From an uncultured Methanomicrobiales archaeon (GTDB lineage Archaea; Halobacteriota; Methanomicrobia; Methanomicrobiales; Methanospirillaceae): 64,000 bases of DNA. How positions within the stretch are numbered: position 1 is the stretch's first letter; every line of letters begins with the position of its first letter. Where the stretch lies: NCBI GenBank assembly GCA_963758915.1, contig CAVWXH010000010.1, positions 32,001 through 96,000 of the forward strand. The letters run 5' to 3'. The translations under genes and the position numbers were made by a program. Of the stretch, positions 53,819 to 64,000 are shown piece by piece. Below the pieces are notes generated by a model that made no database searches, had not been told where the DNA came from, and worked only from the letters and a program-made list of their open reading frames with translations.

Positions 53819-53831
53819 CGTGTGTTACAAC

Positions 53832-55200
53832 TCACTGGATGAGTTTCTGGGCAACTAACTTGTTGTCTTCATCGATCACAATCATGTGGGTAGCACATGA
53901 CACACAGGGGTCATACCCACGAACTACAATTTCTGCGAGCTGCCATGGTGCACCGGTGAGTGCAGCACTGCAGGTCGCGAAATTCCAGGTGGTTGGCACG
54001 AGCATTGAGTACCAGAGCACTTTGTTGTCCTTGACTCTTGCAAGGTGCACATCAGTGCCACGTGGTGCTTCGTTTGCTGACCATCCCATTGAGCCGTCAC
54101 CACAGGGGATCTCGTCCGCAAGGACAGGGCCTGATGGATCGTACTCGTCAAGTGCATTCATCATCGCGTATAAGCTGTCCGTGTATTCCATTTCACGGGC
54201 GATGTTCTGACCGACGGTTCCCTTCTCGTCATACCCCTTGAATACTGCAAGACGTGCACGTGGGCCGACTTCAACGGGTGCGCCGTCATACATCGGGATA
54301 CCTGTGCAGGCTTCCATCTGCGGGTTGACTTTTGTCCCTACCGGGGATGTCCCGCCAATCGGGTAGCTCGGGTCTGCGAGATCGACTTCCATCTCACCCA
54401 TGTACCAGTCCCATGGCCGTGACTTCCTTGAAGCGGTCATAGTCCCAGGTCGGGCACTCGTCCAGGCTTGTGCTTCCATAGAACGGATGTGTTGCCATGT
54501 AGCCCTGGTTGTGGAACCCGAGGTCCTTCGGGATTGCAATCTTCTTGCCACCAACTTCTGCCCAGTCCCTCTTCTGGAAGTTCCGGAGGACTGCAATCAT
54601 GAAGTCCATCTGCTGGTGGGCAAGTACAAGACCCTCTTTGGCGAGGTCGTACATTTTGGTCTTTGCCCGCGGGGTACATGCCTTGTACATACCACCGATG
54701 CGCGGGTTGCTCGGGTGCACGGCTTCTCCGCCGGCGATCTGACCGATGGTCTGACCAATTTCACGTAGCCTCTGGATACGCTTTGCAACGCTGCGCACTG
54801 GCTCTTCAGGAGTGAACGGGTTGATCTTCGTATCGGTGCCCGGAATATACAGATCGGGCAGGATCAGGATATCATGCAGTGCAATGCTGTGCAGTCTGTT
54901 TGCCAACTGGAGGATCACACGCAGGAGATAGGCATCCTGGGGTATTTCACACCCGATTGATGCTTCCATTGATTCTATCCCTGCAAGTGTGTGGGCAATC
55001 GGACAAATACCGCAGACACGGGACGCAATTTTGGGGACTTGTTCCATCGACTTACCGACGGCGAGTCTCTCAACTCCCCTCACCGGGGTAATGGAACACC
55101 AGTTACCCGTTTCGATGATACCTGCGTCGTTAACCTTCAAGACAAGTTTTGAGTGTCCCTCGTGTCTTGTGGTTGGGGAAATCTCTACAACTTTCGACAA
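53832..55200 (-). CDS. frhA: F420-reducing hydrogenase alpha subunit, +1 frameshift near 54420
   Basis: RHEGH, RVCGIC, EAPRG, DPCVSCATH plus cleavable tail. Confidence 0.95.
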
Positions 55201-55660
55201 TATTATCGCCTCATCTTATGCTGAGTTGTTCAATCTTCGATACCGGTGTAATCCACACAAATCTCTTATAAGGAGATCTTTTGACCGTACCTAGTACGTT
55301 CATCTTAATTTTACATCTTCCAATTATATATCTTCTTTGCAATTCTCCTGATAGTGCCGATTTCACGGAAGAGAAGAGAGATAATCACTGCTTTTTTGGT
55401 TTTCCGGGAACAATGCGGGTGCAATTTTTTAAGCGGTACCTTTATCGTTGTGAAGATGGAAAGCAACAGCAAATGGGATCAATATATGGTCCTTATACAG
55501 GAAACCGGCTGGTTATCAGGATATCATGGGTATCCTGATGTACAGACCCTTTTGTGAGACCCTTATTGTATTGTCCGGGGTCATTCGGCCAGAGGGACAA
55601 CTGGTCCTGATGGATGGGAACGATACCAAAACTGCGAAGACCTGATAAAAAAGAGAAAAT

Positions 55661-56665
55661 TTACTGGATTTCGCCGTTCAGCTCGACGAAAAGCTCGGCG
55701 ATTGTTGCCTGGCGTTCCGCGTAGGCATCGTGCTGGTGGATGCTCTCCTCGTTGGTCTGCTTTATGGTAACGAGTGCATCTCCGGAGAGATCATGGAATT
55801 CTGCGAGGACTTTTTTTGCCATCTCCCGTACGCAGTCCTCTACAAATCTCGGGTTTTTATGTGCGGAGAGAACGACGTAACTTTCATCGCCACGTTTGAG
55901 GAGTTCAAAAATCGGGGCGCTCATTGACTCCTTCAGGATATCGATGATCGTTTCGAGCTTTACGTGCTGGTCGTCATCTGTTTCAATGCAGAGAAACCCC
56001 CTGCCCCTCTGGTTGTGCGTGGCCATGGGGACTTCGTCGAAGAACTTTGAGATGGTCTCCTTGTCGACTTTAAGGTCCTCGAGGACATATTGTGCCCGCT
56101 CTTTCATGATATTCTGGGCACAGGGGCAGGCGGTCATCCCCATCACTTCCGCACCGATACTCTTCCTGACAATGGGGCTCCGGAATGTCCTCCTGGCAAC
56201 TGCGCGTGCGTGGACACTGACGACCTCGTGGCAACTGGTCCTGCTGACCGGGGTCTCCCGTTTCACCATGAACTGGCTCCGCATCCAGACCTCTGTGCGA
56301 TCGGCATATTCATGCCGGTCAAGCAGCTTTCGTGCGACCACGCTGCAGAGCTCTTCAATTTCCTTGACATCACCATCAATCGCCTGCTGGAGCACTTCAT
56401 CTATCACTTCAAAATTTCGTGAGAGGTTCGCTCCTTTGAGGCTTCCGGGCAGGTCAACGAAGACATCAAAATTTGAAATGAAAATTACCGGGCGCTTATC
56501 AGGGCGCGAGACTTCCACGAGTTTTTTCACATTCTTGACCCCCACCCGGGTCAGATTAATGCGGATATCAGGGCATGTGGATTGAACATCAGGCAGAATG
56601 CCCCCAAATCTCGGTTCTGTTGTCTCATTAATGGTTGATCGCTCTCCAAAAGGGATATAACCCAA
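55661..56665 (-). CDS. mptA: GTP cyclohydrolase IV (methanopterin biosynthesis)
   Basis: LPDVQ, TACPC, THNQR, NPRFVED, ESIH; start uncertain. Confidence 0.93.
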   Translation of the reverse strand: MGYIPFGERSTINETTEPRFGGILPDVQSTCPDIRINLTRVGVKNVKKLVEVSRPDKRPVIFISNFDVFVDLPGSLKGANLSRNFEVIDEVLQQAIDGDVKEIEELCSVVARKLLDRHEYADRTEVWMRSQFMVKRETPVSRTSCHEVVSVHARAVARRTFRSPIVRKSIGAEVMGMTACPCAQNIMKERAQYVLEDLKVDKETISKFFDEVPMATHNQRGRGFLCIETDDDQHVKLETIIDILKESMSAPIFELLKRGDESYVVLSAHKNPRFVEDCVREMAKKVLAEFHDLSGDALVTIKQTNEESIHQHDAYAERQATIAELFVELNGEIQ

Positions 56666-56731
56666 GGTACTCTGTTTAGTTTTTTTATAAAATATTTATG
56701 TGCTTGGTTGCTGATATAACAAGGAGAGACC

Positions 56732-57721
56732 ATGCTGAAAAAATACTATGAGTCAGATGCGGACCTGAGTGTTCTGTCCGGGAAGCGTATCGCGGTTATC
56801 GGGTATGGTTCCCAGGGACGAGGCCAGGCACTGAACCTTCGTGACAGTGCGATCGACGTGATCATCGGGCTCCGCCCCGGGAAAAGCTGGGATGCGGCTT
56901 CAGCTGATGGGTTCAAGGTGTACCCGGTCACAGAAGCCGTTAAAATGGCTGACGTGGTGCAGGTACTCCTTCCTGACGAGAACCAGGCGGCGGTATACAG
57001 GGGCGAAATAAAGCCGTATCTTACGAAGGGGAAAACCCTGATGTTCTCCCACGGGTTCAATATTCATTTTGGCCAGATTGTCCCCCCGGCGGATGTCAAC
57101 GTTATCATGGTCGCCCCGAAAGGACCCGGGTTCATGGTAAGGCGGCAATATGAAGAAGGAAAGGGTGTCCCGGCACTGATAGCCGTTCACCAGGACTACA
57201 CGGGCGCTGCGCACAAGATTGCGCTTGCGTATGCAAAAGGTATCGGCGCGACCCGCGCCGTCGTGCTCGAGACTTCGTTCCGCGAAGAGACCGAGACTGA
57301 CCTCTTCGGTGAGCAGGCAGTGTTGTGCGGTGGTATTACCTCCCTGATCAAGGCCGGTTTTGAGACCCTTGTCGAAGCCGGGTACTCCCCGGAAATGGCA
57401 TACCTCGAGGTCCTCCATGAAACGAAGTTGATTGTAGACCTTATTTACGAGGGCGGCTTTACGAAGATGAGGAAATATGTCAGTAATACTGCTCAGTACG
57501 GGGACCTCACCCGTGGCCCGCGTGTTATCGGTTGCGAGTCCCAGGTTGCAATGCGTGAGATACTTGACGAGATACAGAGCGGTGAGTTTGCGAGGGAATG
57601 GATGCTTGAGAACACGGTCAACCGCCCGGTATTTAATGCCCTGACGAAGAGGGACGAAGACCACCTGATCGAAAAGGTCGGTGCTGAGGTACGGGCGCTT
57701 ATGCCCCAGTTTAAGCAATAA
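56732..57721 (+). CDS. ilvC: ketol-acid reductoisomerase
   Basis: [28 protein letters not shown]. Confidence 0.97.
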   Translation: MLKKYYESDADLSVLSGKRIAVIGYGSQGRGQALNLRDSAIDVIIGLRPGKSWDAASADGFKVYPVTEAVKMADVVQVLLPDENQAAVYRGEIKPYLTKGKTLMFSHGFNIHFGQIVPPADVNVIMVAPKGPGFMVRRQYEEGKGVPALIAVHQDYTGAAHKIALAYAKGIGATRAVVLETSFREETETDLFGEQAVLCGGITSLIKAGFETLVEAGYSPEMAYLEVLHETKLIVDLIYEGGFTKMRKYVSNTAQYGDLTRGPRVIGCESQVAMREILDEIQSGEFAREWMLENTVNRPVFNALTKRDEDHLIEKVGAEVRALMPQFKQ

Positions 57722-57933
57722 CCCGAATATTTTTTTTTCTTCAGGAAGAGGGCCCCGGGTCTCTTCAGGTGCATTGAAAGGGAGAACTGTTTTTTTTTGG
57801 ATGGGTGAGCCATGGCAGAGGGCAGGGAAAAAAAATCAACCCCGGTGCCCGGGAGACCATAGGTGACCGACCAGGCCGGGGTGTACTGTTTACCCATAAT
57901 TATTACCTCGGACGTCCCTTATACTATACAACT

Positions 57934-58548
57934 ATGGTCGAATCGTATGAGGCACTTTTAAACAAGGCATATTCACATATGCCCGAGGTCAGTGAGTCCC
58001 ACGAACGGTTTACCGTTCCGGAAACAAAGAGTTATATTGAAGGGAAAACCACTGTCTTTGAAAATTTCGCAGAAATAGCCGACGTTGCGAGGCGTGACAA
58101 GGACCACCTGATGAAGTTCCTCCTTGGCGAGCTCGGTACTGCAGGGAAGATCGACGGTAACAGGGCGATATTTAATGGAAAATTCGAAAGTACCCTGATA
58201 AATTCACTGGTTAAAAGTTACGTGGAAGATTATGTGATCTGCTCAGAATGTGGCCGGCCAGATACCCGTCTTGTGAAAGATGACCGGTTCCTCCTCCTGC
58301 GCTGTGATGCCTGCGGGGGTCACCGACCGGTAAAAAAGAGGAAAGCACGGACGGAACCTATTACCAACGAGCTGCAGGAAGGGACTATCCTCGAGGTCGA
58401 GATCCAGTCAGTCTCGAAGCGGGGCGACGGCGTGGTAAAGATGGGGAAATACATCATGTATGTTTCAAATTCAAAGCCCGGGCAGACAGTAAAGGTGAAG
58501 ATTGCCAGGATATCCGGGTCTATCGTGTTCACAGAACGGGCAGTATAG
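57934..58548 (+). CDS. eif2b: translation initiation factor aIF-2 beta with C-terminal TRAM domain
   Basis: [27 protein letters not shown]. Confidence 0.95.
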   Translation: MVESYEALLNKAYSHMPEVSESHERFTVPETKSYIEGKTTVFENFAEIADVARRDKDHLMKFLLGELGTAGKIDGNRAIFNGKFESTLINSLVKSYVEDYVICSECGRPDTRLVKDDRFLLLRCDACGGHRPVKKRKARTEPITNELQEGTILEVEIQSVSKRGDGVVKMGKYIMYVSNSKPGQTVKVKIARISGSIVFTERAV

Positions 58549-58650
58549 TCTTATACCGGCCACAACCTCCCCGTCTTTTTCTGACGGGCAATAATTACAA
58601 GGACCGGCCCTCTTCAAAGGTACCGGGTAAAAAAAATAATCTTTGTTTTG

Positions 58651-58920
58651 TTACTGATTTTTCATGTTTGAAAGGAGTTCATCGCAGTGCCCCGATATCC
58701 TGGTGCACGCGTCCCTGATCACATCCAGGGGGTCTTTTTTACCATTTGTGGTTACCAGGAGTTCAGGGTCTGAAAACTGGAATTCTATAACATATCTGGC
58801 CACATCGACATCAGGGTCCTTCAGGATCTCTTCCGTCAGGGTATTCATGAAGGTATGTCCCTCCCCCTGAATAATCAGCCTGGCCTTGTCTTTTTCCAGC
58901 TCGAGCAACTTAATATTCAT
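58651..58920 (-). CDS. rpoL: RNA polymerase subunit L (Rpo11)
   Basis: GEGHTFMN, DVARY; size 89 aa. Confidence 0.93.
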   Translation of the reverse strand: MNIKLLELEKDKARLIIQGEGHTFMNTLTEEILKDPDVDVARYVIEFQFSDPELLVTTNGKKDPLDVIRDACTRISGHCDELLSNMKNQ

Positions 58921-59110
58921 TCACCTATGATTGGGAATGTGACACCCATAATGGTATTGGTGAGATACACCCGGTGATACGGGAAAACATTCCTGCCCTG
59001 CCTATCAGACATGCTACCATGGGTGCAGGAAGACCGGGATTATGTGAAAATAATCCCCGACAGAATAAATGGATTTTCCGGTTGAATTTTCAGCAAGACC
59101 TGCCGCCAGT

Positions 59111-59833
59111 TCAGCCGAACCGAAAACACTCCCCGTCTTTTCCAATATGGGGGAGGTCCCACCTGATTGCATGGCTCAGGTGGACGCACCGGAAATCTCC
59201 TGCTTGAAGATCGGTCGCCATCTGGCACGCCTCTTCATAGCTCATATGCTTGAAGACGTGGTAGCCACTGGGGGCAAGAGCATCAGCAAGAAGCAGATCG
59301 ACACCGGAAAGAAATTTCCTGCTGCGCTCCGGAATATCTGCCCGGGTATCGGCAGTATAACCCACGTTTGAACCATCACATGATATCTGAAGACCACAGC
59401 TGTAGGCCGGCGGGTGGTTTACTTCGATAAGGGTGAAGGTAACACCGAACAGTGTGAAGGATTCGTACGCCTCAACAGGGTTATGGTCAAATGACATGAA
59501 AGAAAAAATACCCCCGCAATACCCGAGTACCGGCGGTGCTGCGTAGACAGGTGGCAGGTCCTGGACACGGTAGAACTCCCCGTACCCCATAAAATGGTCG
59601 TAATGCCCGTGTGTCCATATCACCGCATCAATGTGGGGTGAACCGCAACGGAGTAACTGCTGGCGGAGGTCAGGTGAGGAATCAACAAGGATATGCTTCC
59701 CTGCATGTTCCACAAGGAGGGAGGTGCGGAGCCTTGTCAGTCCTTTTTCCTGTGCGTGTGTACACTGGGGGCACCTGCAGCCTATTTTGGGCGTTCCTGT
59801 TGCATCCCCTGTGCCCAGCAGCGTAATTTTCAT
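59111..59833 (-). CDS. MBL-fold metallo-hydrolase (PhnP-like)
   Basis: LGTG, CRCPQC, THGHYDH, HLSH. Confidence 0.92.
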   Translation of the reverse strand: MKITLLGTGDATGTPKIGCRCPQCTHAQEKGLTRLRTSLLVEHAGKHILVDSSPDLRQQLLRCGSPHIDAVIWTHGHYDHFMGYGEFYRVQDLPPVYAAPPVLGYCGGIFSFMSFDHNPVEAYESFTLFGVTFTLIEVNHPPAYSCGLQISCDGSNVGYTADTRADIPERSRKFLSGVDLLLADALAPSGYHVFKHMSYEEACQMATDLQAGDFRCVHLSHAIRWDLPHIGKDGECFRFG

Positions 59834-59834
59834 A

Positions 59835-61110
59835 CTACAACCAGTTAAGGTTCCGGATTACGCCCCGGCCTTTCACCATCTGGATCCCTTTTTCAATATC
59901 GCTCTGAAGAAGGGCCTTCCGGCCATCCATGATCGATGAGAGGATCGCCTCTTTTACCAGCATCCGGAGGTCAGAACCTGAAAGTCCGTCTGTCTGGGCT
60001 GCGAGGTAACGGAAATCGCATTCGCAACCTACAGAATGGGTGATCTTTTTCAGGATCCGTTCCCGCATCTCTTCACTGGGCAGCGAAAACTCCACGACCT
60101 CGTCAAACCGGCGCCATGCCGCTTCATCGAGGAGCTGGGGGTGGTTGGTCGCACCGATAAGGAGCACCCCGTTTTTCACGAGGTTCATCTTATCGATATT
60201 CTTCAGGAGGGAGTTTACCGCCCTCTTCATGGCGCCATGGTCATCGGTCACCCTGCTCTTGGCGACGTAATCAAACTCGTCGATAAACAGGATGCAGGGC
60301 GAAAGTTTTTTGGCTAATTCAAATATCCTGTCGATATTTTTTGAGGTCTCCCCGAGGTACTGTGACGTGACCATCGAGAGCCTGACCTCAAGGATCGGCA
60401 TATGCATGGCATGGGACATAGCGAGTGCGAGCGAGGTCTTTCCCGTTCCCGGCGGCCCGACGAATAACAGACTTTCCTACCTCGTGTATCCGGTGTTTCA
60501 ACAGGAATTCACGGTGGATAATCGCTATCCGCATTTTTGCGATGATCTCTTTCTGCTCTGAAGTGCAGACGAGGTCATCGATCTGCTGCTCGATCTCATC
60601 GGGTGCGTTGATGATGATCAGGTCCATGGCCGTTCTCAGGCGCTCATCGGCGGCGATTATCTCTGAAATTTTCCCGTCAAGGTACGACCTGCTGTCCTCA
60701 AAAGGCGGGTTTTCAGCCTTTACTTCCCGATAAGAAATACCGGATGAGTTAATAGTTTCAAAATAATATGCCAGTGCCGGGTTCTTTTTGATATAGGTCA
60801 TGCCCCCGTGGCCCAGGAACCATTTCGCGGCAGCTTCGAGTGCCGGTATGCGGAACCTCTGCCCGAACTCCTCGTAGATTACGACCGGGTTTTCTGCGAC
60901 TTTTCCGCGCGGGTCCTGGATCTGAAGTACCCTCCGGATTGTACTTTCGCTGACAGTAACAGGCCTTTTAATTCCGGACGCAGAACCGAGTCCGAACATG
61001 ATCCTATGCTCCGGCGTAAGGTCATTTACATCCAGATTCGGGTTCTGGTTAAATATTTCTGCGCAGAGGAGCACATCCAGAATTTTCAGGGTCTCGTCGT
61101 CTCCAGACAT
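59835..61110 (-). CDS. AAA+ ATPase with unique N-terminal domain, +1 frameshift near 60471
   Basis: Removing one base restores GKLLFVGPPGTGKT; FIDEFD, ATN, RRFD. Confidence 0.88.
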
Positions 61111-61154
61111 GGCTGTAACCTTTAATATTCAATCTGGCACCGGATAAGAGTATC

Positions 61155-62039
61155 TCATGCCGTTGTCACAACACAGCGATCCTCGGTAACAATGACCGTA
61201 TGTTCATGCTGTGAGACGAGGGAGCCGGGGATGTCCGATAGTACGGGGTATGCGTGGACCACACCGGAACGGATGAGTGTCGCAAGGGCGATCTCCGGCT
61301 TGTTATCAGGGAGCCATCGTTTTGCGAAGGGCATGCCCTGCCGCCCGCTGACTGCTTCCAGGATCTTCCTTGCCGTGGCCAGTCGTACCGGCTTCCGGGA
61401 GATCTGCTGGAATATCTCCACCCTTTTCTTCTCGCTTACATGGCCGGAGCCGGTCGTTGCAAACGGCTCAATTGCAAACACCATCCCCTCTTCAAGCACT
61501 GCCCCCCCCTGCATTGCAACATTAGGGATGCTCGGGGGCCTGTGCACGGCAAACCTGCCAAGTCCGTGACCGGTGAGATTTGCGATTGGCCTGTATCCCC
61601 TGCTTTCAATCTCGGACTGGATGGCAAACCCCAGTTCTCCAACGGTCGCACCGGGGCGCACCTTTTCAATAGCCCGTGAAAGTGCTTCCCGGGATGCGTC
61701 CACGAGCAGCCCGTTATTTCCAAGGTCGATTGTAATTGCTGTATCTGCGATATAGCCGTCGAAATGGACTCCGAGGTCGAGCTTGACCAGGTCCCCTGCT
61801 GTAAATACCCGGTCATCTCCTGTCGACGCGGTATCATGCGCAGCATCTTCGTTCAGGGAGACGTTAAGCGGAAATGCAAGGCCTGATTCATCTGATGATG
61901 CCAGGTCTTCAATGAACTCGACGACCTCGAGGTAGGGAGCACCAGGCCTGATCTCCATGGCCCCTTTCCTGATTACCGATGAAGCAAAGGCCCCGGCCTG
62001 GCAGTAGTTATCAAATATTTCGTCTTCCATCATGATCAC
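61155..62039 (-). CDS. map: type II methionine aminopeptidase
   Basis: AAHDT, DGYIADTA, NLTGH, AIEPF, QHEHT. Confidence 0.96.
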   Translation of the reverse strand: MIMMEDEIFDNYCQAGAFASSVIRKGAMEIRPGAPYLEVVEFIEDLASSDESGLAFPLNVSLNEDAAHDTASTGDDRVFTAGDLVKLDLGVHFDGYIADTAITIDLGNNGLLVDASREALSRAIEKVRPGATVGELGFAIQSEIESRGYRPIANLTGHGLGRFAVHRPPSIPNVAMQGGAVLEEGMVFAIEPFATTGSGHVSEKKRVEIFQQISRKPVRLATARKILEAVSGRQGMPFAKRWLPDNKPEIALATLIRSGVVHAYPVLSDIPGSLVSQHEHTVIVTEDRCVVTTA

Positions 62040-63166
62040 CTGAGTATAAATTCACGGGGCAATCGTGTAAACGATTCAAATCCTGCTGTGGTGATAACCC
62101 CGGTGTTTTCGAGACGCACCCCGCCAATATCCCGGTAATAGAGACCCGGTTCAACGGTCGCCACATTGCCGGCAGCAAGGGTACCCCCTGCCGGACCAAG
62201 GGTTGGCGCCTCGTGGACCTCGAGACCAACCCCGTGCCCCAGGTTATGAGTAAATCCCTCATTACCGGTCCCATATCCCTTTTCGGCGAAGAGGTCCACA
62301 ACAGCCTGGTGGACGGACGAGCCGCTGGCCCCGTGCCTTACCTGGGACATGCCAAGGTCCTGTGCCTCCAGAACAGCATCATACATCTCAAGTAATTCGG
62401 CGGAGGGTTCTCCCCTTACAACAGTCCTTGTCATATCGGTGAAATACCCGTTCATGTCATCAGCAGGGAACGTATCAATAACAACCGGCTCTGACTCCAA
62501 AAGGGGTCCGGTCCCGAGTGCATGTGGCAGGGCGGTATCTTTTCCGCAGGTGACAATCGTATCGATTGCATGACACCCGTAATCCATCAGGGTTTTGTGC
62601 ATGAGTGACCTGACCTGTTCTGAAGTAACCGGCCGGCCGTCGTGATACAGGACACCTTTATTTGGTCTGCTTGCTTTTAGCAGGGAAATTGCCCGTTCCA
62701 TTGCGATATCGGTTGCGGCCTGGACACCCCTGATGTTCCTGATCTCATCGTCTGATTTTATTGCCCGGGCGGTCTCGACCGAACCGGGATCAAGGGTCAC
62801 CTCGCAGAGTGACTCAAGTTCATGCCCGATCCCGTAGGGAAATGAAGCGGGTAGCATGATGCGTGGTCCTGCCTGATTTGCAATCATTTTTGCATAGGCC
62901 CGGTGCTTTACCGGCTCATCTTTGATAATATCAAGGAGGCCTGACTCCCCCCGGGTCATCACCGCGGCGATCGATTCTCTCGTTGCACGATCATATTCCA
63001 TCTGTCCGATGACCATGAACCCCTTCTCACCGGGTTTTTTGATATAAACAAAAGGGTCCTCGGTCCGGAACCGGGTGAGATACCTGATATCTGCATTTTG
63101 TGACGAGCCGAATGCAACATATGCATCAGCACCAGAACGCCTGATCACGTCATCCAGCGAGTCCAT
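62036..63166 (-). CDS. Xaa-Pro aminopeptidase (M24)
   Basis: DMTRT, HNLGHGVGLEVHE, TVEPG, GVRLE. Confidence 0.94.
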   Translation of the reverse strand: MDSLDDVIRRSGADAYVAFGSSQNADIRYLTRFRTEDPFVYIKKPGEKGFMVIGQMEYDRATRESIAAVMTRGESGLLDIIKDEPVKHRAYAKMIANQAGPRIMLPASFPYGIGHELESLCEVTLDPGSVETARAIKSDDEIRNIRGVQAATDIAMERAISLLKASRPNKGVLYHDGRPVTSEQVRSLMHKTLMDYGCHAIDTIVTCGKDTALPHALGTGPLLESEPVVIDTFPADDMNGYFTDMTRTVVRGEPSAELLEMYDAVLEAQDLGMSQVRHGASGSSVHQAVVDLFAEKGYGTGNEGFTHNLGHGVGLEVHEAPTLGPAGGTLAAGNVATVEPGLYYRDIGGVRLENTGVITTAGFESFTRLPREFILR

Positions 63167-63225
63167 GGGAGGAATATTCGCGGTAAAACCACAAGTACTT
63201 TTATGATAAGGATGACCTATGAGTA

Positions 63226-63492
63226 ATGGAAGAGAAGGTAAAAGAACAGTTTAAATTAAAATTTTATTCGCTCACTATCCTGTTGAACGTGATTGTCCTT
63301 GTTGCCGCTGGTATTGTGATTGCCCTGTTCCTCGTACCCGTACCATTCAAATATTACATCCCTGCCATACTCCTGGTTATCGACCTCGTGATGATTTATG
63401 TATTCATCAAAAAATACCGGGTAACCAAGCAGTGGCTTGCCGAACACCAGGATCCCGGTCCGAAAACGGAAACAGAGAAAAAAGAAACCTGA
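63226..63492 (+). CDS. small two-TM membrane protein
   Basis: Two hydrophobic stretches, charged tail. Confidence 0.7.
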   Translation: MEEKVKEQFKLKFYSLTILLNVIVLVAAGIVIALFLVPVPFKYYIPAILLVIDLVMIYVFIKKYRVTKQWLAEHQDPGPKTETEKKET

Positions 63493-63505
63493 GGTACGCT
63501 GACCC

Positions 63506-63811
63506 ATGCTCCAGAAAATGAAAGACGAGATTGAACTTCTTTCAAGGCATGTTATTGTAATCAGGGCCGTTATGGAGCACCAGCCGATTGGTATCATGAA
63601 ACTATCGGAGCTGCTTGACCTGCCCTTCCACCGGATCCGTTATTCACTCCGTGTTCTTGAGCAGCTTGGTTACATCAGGGCCACCCCTGCCGGTGCAATG
63701 GCAACACCCCAGACTGAAGATCTCCTGTGTCACCTGGATGATAACCTCGATGATCTCATCGGGCTTCTGGAATCAATGAAACTTAAACCTGGTAACCAAT
63801 TGAATAAATGA
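63506..63811 (+). CDS. winged-HTH protein
   Basis: QPIGIMKLS...RIRYSLRVLEQLGYI. Confidence 0.8.
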   Translation: MLQKMKDEIELLSRHVIVIRAVMEHQPIGIMKLSELLDLPFHRIRYSLRVLEQLGYIRATPAGAMATPQTEDLLCHLDDNLDDLIGLLESMKLKPGNQLNK

Positions 63812-63907
63812 CAAGAATATCCAGGGGTTTAGTTTTTTTATGATCCGGAGTTCCAATAGTTACTTTTAAAAAGGCTCACAAAGAATCTATTAGGACACAA
63901 CCAATGT

Positions 63908-63980
63908 GCCTCCCTAACTCAGTTGGTAGAGTGTCGGACTGTTAATCCGAATGTCACAGGTTCGAGCCCTGTGGGGGGCG
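63908..63980 (+). tRNA. tRNA-Asn(GTT)
   Basis: Acceptor GCCTCCC/GGGGGGC, anticodon arm TCGGA-CT GTT AA-TCCGA, TTCGAGC loop. Confidence 0.95.
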
Positions 63981-64000
63981 CTCAATCTCTATCCGGGCCC

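Noticed and set aside
51623-55200. Selenocysteine or programmed recoding in frhA/frhB
   Set aside because: The active site is plain Cys (DPCVSC); the breaks are frame changes, not in-frame UGA, and lack slippery sites

Overview
A 64 kb piece of a hydrogenotrophic methanogen chromosome, most likely Methanomicrobiales (inferred from frhADGB, SepRS, MptA, Kae1-Bud32, aIF2, AglB). It is mostly housekeeping: translation, tRNA modification, SufBC, F420-reducing hydrogenase, OFOR subunits and three tRNAs (Gly-TCC, Val-CAC, Asn-GTT). Seven genes are split by small indels, several in essential genes, which points to assembly error. The most striking unexplained signal is a non-coding ~400-420 bp dispersed repeat present five times (1443-1864, 18144-18331, 22302-22529, 37886-38289, ~51147-51549). 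It has IS903-like terminal inverted repeats (GGCTTTGTTGAAA-like), one probable 8-bp target duplication, and a string of hairpins whose stems are conserved or covary while loops vary. Every copy sits close to a gene 3' end. It is a candidate high-copy MITE that may have been domesticated as a structured RNA or 3'-UTR element. Secondary leads are a promoter-linked structured RNA candidate at ~34390-34500, a FabH-like enzyme with an altered catalytic set, an orphan m4C-type methyltransferase and an AAA-ATPase/MBL pair. All calls come from reading the sequence by eye; no searches were run.
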